Origin: an uncultured bacterium
GTDB lineage: Bacteria > Planctomycetota > UBA1135 > GCA-002686595
Assembly (NCBI GenBank): GCA_943787795.1
Contig: CALSNU010000002.1
Coordinates: forward strand, 192,001-256,000
Length of the DNA: 64,000 bases
Reading direction: 5' to 3'
The number at the start of each line of letters is the position of its first letter. The first letter of the stretch is position 1. The notes beneath the pieces are model-generated. The model had not been told where the DNA came from. It worked only from the letters and a program-made list of their open reading frames with translations, and made no database searches. Positions 60,820 through 64,000 of this stretch are shown one piece after another. A program made the position numbers and the translations under genes.

Positions 60820-61170
60820 GTGAGCTGCCCGCAATCGACCAAGGCTAAGGGTCTTCCCCACCCCGAATCCTGGTGCGTCTATCTCGTGCGACGGGCGGAC
60901 GATGCCCTCTACACGGGGATCGCGACGGACGTGGAGCGGCGTTTCGCCGAACACTGCGAAGGCCGCGGAGCCAAGGCGCTCCGGGGTCGCGGCCCGCTCC
61001 AGCTCCTGTCATTCAGCCCGGCTGGCGATCGGTCCCTCGCCCAGCGAGTCGAGGCCCGGATCAAACGCCTCTCCAAGACCGAGAAGGAACGACTGGCCAC
61101 GAGCCGTGGGGCTCTCACAGGGTTCATCCGCGCGGTGGCGGACGGGCGTACCGGTGAGGACGACACGTGA
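60820..61170 (+). CDS. Small GIY-YIG nuclease family protein (UPF0213/YhbQ-like)
   Basis: WCVYLVR, LYTGIATDVERRFAEH, GAKALRGRGP and E.RIKRL motifs. The start is uncertain. Confidence 0.88.
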   Translation: MSCPQSTKAKGLPHPESWCVYLVRRADDALYTGIATDVERRFAEHCEGRGAKALRGRGPLQLLSFSPAGDRSLAQRVEARIKRLSKTEKERLATSRGALTGFIRAVADGRTGEDDT

Positions 61171-61194
61171 GACGATCTCCGTAAGCTTGAGCCC

Positions 61195-62352
61195 ATGACA
61201 AGAGCAGGCTTCCCCAGACGTCACGCCGTCATCGTGGGCGCCGGAGCGCTCGGTGGATGGACGGCGCTCCACCTCGGCCGGCTAGGGTGGGACGTGACCC
61301 TGGTGGACGCCTGGGGTCCTGGTAATGGCCGGGCGAGCTCCGGCGGAGAGACCCGTGTCATCCGGCGAGGCTACGGTCAGCGGCGCCACTACGTGCCGCT
61401 TGTCACCCGGGCCCTCGAGCTCTGGGCGGAGCTCGAGGCGGAGGCCCAGGTGCGCCTGCTGGATCGGCGCGGCGTGCTCTGGATGGCGAGCGAGCCCGGA
61501 GAGTTCGAGCTCGGTTCGGTCGACGCTTTCCGGGCCAACGGCGTCCCCTTCGAGGAGCTGGGTCGCGCTGAGCTCGAGGCGCGGTTCCCCTCGATCTGCG
61601 TCGCCGACGTGCCCTGGGCAGTGCACGAGCCGGACGCCGGCGCGCTCTTCGCCCGGCGCGGCTGCGAGGTGGTCTGGAGGGCTGTCGAGCGGGCAGGTGG
61701 CCAGACCCTCCTCTCCACGGCCCACCCCAACCTCGACAGGAAGGGAGACTGCCAGGGCGTTCGCCTCTCGGACGGGACGGCCCTCGACGCTGATGTCACG
61801 ATCTTCGCCGCTGGGCCCTGGATGGCCGGGCTCTTTCCCGACGCCCTCGGCGACCGGTTGAAGGTCACGCGCCAGGACGTCTTCTCGTTCGGTCCCCCGC
61901 CCGGAGCGGAGGCACACCAGAGGCTGCCCGTGTGGGCGGAGTACGCCTCCCGGCTCTTCGGGGACGACAGCTTCTGGTATGGCATCCCCGATGGGTTGAG
62001 CCGCGGGTTCAAGCTGGGCGAGGACACCCACGGCGGCGATTGGGACCCGACCCACGGCGATCGCGTGGTCGACCCCGCGCGGCTCGACCGCGCCCGCAGC
62101 TACCTCGCGCACCGCTTCCCTGGATTGGCAGACGCCCCGCTCATCGATGCCCGGGTCTGCCAGTACACGATGAGGAAGCGGTCGGACCTCCTGGTGGACC
62201 GGCACCCCGGAGCCGACCGACTCTGGCTCCTGGGCGGCGGCTCAGGGCACGGATACAAGCTGGGGCCCGCCATCGGAGAGATCGCTGCCAGGGCGATCAC
62301 CGACGACTCAGGCGTCCCTGAGACCCTGGGTGCGCTCCGGCTCCAGCCCTGA
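61195..62352 (+). CDS. Monomeric sarcosine oxidase-like FAD-dependent oxidoreductase
   Basis: IVGAGALG, SSGGETRVIR, VCQYT and SGHGYKLGP motifs. Confidence 0.88.
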   Translation: MTRAGFPRRHAVIVGAGALGGWTALHLGRLGWDVTLVDAWGPGNGRASSGGETRVIRRGYGQRRHYVPLVTRALELWAELEAEAQVRLLDRRGVLWMASEPGEFELGSVDAFRANGVPFEELGRAELEARFPSICVADVPWAVHEPDAGALFARRGCEVVWRAVERAGGQTLLSTAHPNLDRKGDCQGVRLSDGTALDADVTIFAAGPWMAGLFPDALGDRLKVTRQDVFSFGPPPGAEAHQRLPVWAEYASRLFGDDSFWYGIPDGLSRGFKLGEDTHGGDWDPTHGDRVVDPARLDRARSYLAHRFPGLADAPLIDARVCQYTMRKRSDLLVDRHPGADRLWLLGGGSGHGYKLGPAIGEIAARAITDDSGVPETLGALRLQP

Positions 62353-62476
62353 TCCGACGGGCAGCCCCAGTTCCGACCGGGCCCCGACCGAGTCCCAACC
62401 TGCCGCTGGGCCGGGATCTTCAGGCCCAGCACGGGGACAGGCGAGCCATCGAGGCGCTGCTCGCGACCTCGACCGC

Positions 62477-63157
62477 TCAGTCGTTGAAGACGAAGAACCC
62501 GATCCCGCCAGGCTCACGCAAGACGATGTTCTCCGCCGGTGCGCTGTCGGTGCCGCCCACCTCCTCGAACACCGGGATCTCCCGCGCCCGGACCGCGGCG
62601 ATCACCCCGGCGTTTCGGCCGCCGTTGAAGTAGGTGAGCGAGGGGTTCGCGAAGGAGTGCGGGCACGCCAGCGGGCCCATGAAGCTGAGGTCTGCCAGCC
62701 CGTCCCGGCGAAGGGTCAACCACCCCTGATCCACGCCACCCGCTGCGACGCGCGCGTCGAGGAGCGCGCACCAGAAGGTGACGGAACGAGCGAGGCTCGG
62801 GGTCTCGATGGAGATGCCCGCGAAGCTCCCAAGGAGTGCCCCACGCGGGCCGATCTCCAGCTCGGGTTCCGGGCCGTCCACCACCCACAGAGGAACCCCC
62901 GAGGGCGCCGCGACAAGACGGCCGCCGTCGAAGGGCGCCGCCCCATGACGTGTCAGGAGCTCATCCGCCCCGCGGCCCAGCGCGCCTCGCCATACCCGGA
63001 CGCCGGCGCGGGCGCGAGGGGCGGTGTCCACGTGGATCACGGCGGCGCCGTCCGTCATGAGGCTCGACCCCTTGGAGACCGGCTCAAACCCGAGCCGGGT
63101 GAGGGACCTCGCCGAGACCTCGGGGTCGGGCGCTGGCGTGGTGAGGCAGAGGGTCAT
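62477..63157 (-). CDS. VOC/glyoxalase-like protein
   Basis: Two VOC-like halves (ISIETPSLARSVTFW, PSLTYF, LREPGG). Confidence 0.65.
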   Translation of the reverse strand: MTLCLTTPAPDPEVSARSLTRLGFEPVSKGSSLMTDGAAVIHVDTAPRARAGVRVWRGALGRGADELLTRHGAAPFDGGRLVAAPSGVPLWVVDGPEPELEIGPRGALLGSFAGISIETPSLARSVTFWCALLDARVAAGGVDQGWLTLRRDGLADLSFMGPLACPHSFANPSLTYFNGGRNAGVIAAVRAREIPVFEEVGGTDSAPAENIVLREPGGIGFFVFND

Positions 63158-63444
63158 GGGGTGTGCAGGGTGTGCGGGGTGGCCGGGCCTGACGTCCTGT
63201 TACGAGGCGAGCCAAGGCGGCCAGGCAGGGTACCAGCCGCCCAACGGTCCAGCTCGGCTCGGGCCACCCCATGGACCGCCCACCACCACCGGCGATGCGG
63301 GACAGGACGAGAGGAATCGGCTCCGAGGGACCGGCCCCGAGGACCCCGCGACGGGGATGCTGCCGCCACAGCCCGCTCGCGAGCCGAAGCGCCGATCGTC
63401 GCCGAGGCTGCCGGTCCCGTCGCCAAGGCGCTACGCTCTCCCTC

Positions 63445-64000
63445 GTGGATCCGGGCAACGAGCAGGAAGAGAGCCGACTGAGGCTCCTCGCCGAGGGCGT
63501 CCTCGCCGGCGATCGAACCCAGCTCGCCCGGGCGATCACGCTGGTGGAGAGCACCCGCAGCGGAGATCAGGCCCTGGCGCAGCGGCTCCTGGAGGCCGTC
63601 TTGCCCGCGACGGGGAAGAGCCACCGGATCGGGATCAGCGGCGTGCCTGGGGTCGGGAAGAGCACGCTCATCGAACGCCTCGGTGGGCAGCTGGTGGACG
63701 ATGGGCACCGGGTCGCGGTCCTCGCGGTCGACCCCTCCAGCGCCCTGACTGGCGGCAGCATCCTCGGGGACAAGAGCCGCATGGACACGCTCGCCCGGCG
63801 CGAGGGTGCGTTCATCCGCCCCTCCCCCAGCGCAGCGACCCTGGGCGGCGTCGCCCGGCGAACACGGGAGACCCTGCTCCTCTGTGAGGCGGCGGGCTTT
63901 GACATCGTGCTGGTGGAGACCGTCGGCGTCGGCCAGAGCGAGACCGCCGCGCGCGACATGGTCGACACCTTTGTGGTGCTGCTGCTGCCTGGCGCCGGGG
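63445..64000 (+). CDS. meaB: Methylmalonyl-CoA mutase-associated GTPase MeaB, 3' truncated (not in the ORF track)
   Basis: Translated by hand from GTG 63445: [39 protein letters not shown] and [10 protein letters not shown]. Confidence 0.93.
   Translation, partial: MDPGNEQEESRLRLLAEGVLAGDRTQLARAITLVESTRSGDQALAQRLLEAVLPATGKSHRIGISGVPGVGKSTLIERLGGQLVDDGHRVAVLAVDPSSALTGGSILGDKSRMDTLARREGAFIRPSPSAATLGGVARRTRETLLLCEAAGFDIVLVETVGVGQSETAARDMVDTFVVLLLPGAG

Noticed and set aside
60820..61170. GIY-YIG gene as a homing endonuclease or mobile element
   Set aside because: It is the short stand-alone UPF0213 type, with no intron, terminal repeats or transposase nearby.

Overview
GC-rich bacterial chromosomal window, most likely from a Planctomycetota genome (inferred from the DUF1549/DUF1553 + DUF1501 pair, the HEAT/VWA protein and DUF1573). 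I found no rRNA, tRNA, CRISPR array or mobile element. The window holds two Sel1 lipoproteins and a seven-gene TonB import locus with DUF3450 and two ExbB-like genes. It also has a light/carotenoid-type cluster (FeS photolyase, SDR, membrane protein, CrtD-like desaturase), an ATPase/ClC/bacilliredoxin run, arsC plus aquaporin, and three B12 acyl-CoA mutase loci (icmF, mutAB, meaB). Highlight 1: four secreted proteins with three unrelated passenger types share a ~140-aa C-terminal domain (NS-x-G...SQTQ...GGSxG...WxFQxWxRD...SNF...F-x-stop). It behaves like an undescribed sorting/anchoring signal, and each gene is followed by a related C-run/G-run hairpin. Highlight 2: a hidden secreted thioredoxin-like selenoprotein (in-frame TGA at 55580 plus a SECIS-like hairpin) that the ORF track splits in two. 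Highlight 3: an apparent MutA-MutB fusion that traces to a single extra base near 52890. Family names are recognised by eye from motifs; no database search was run.
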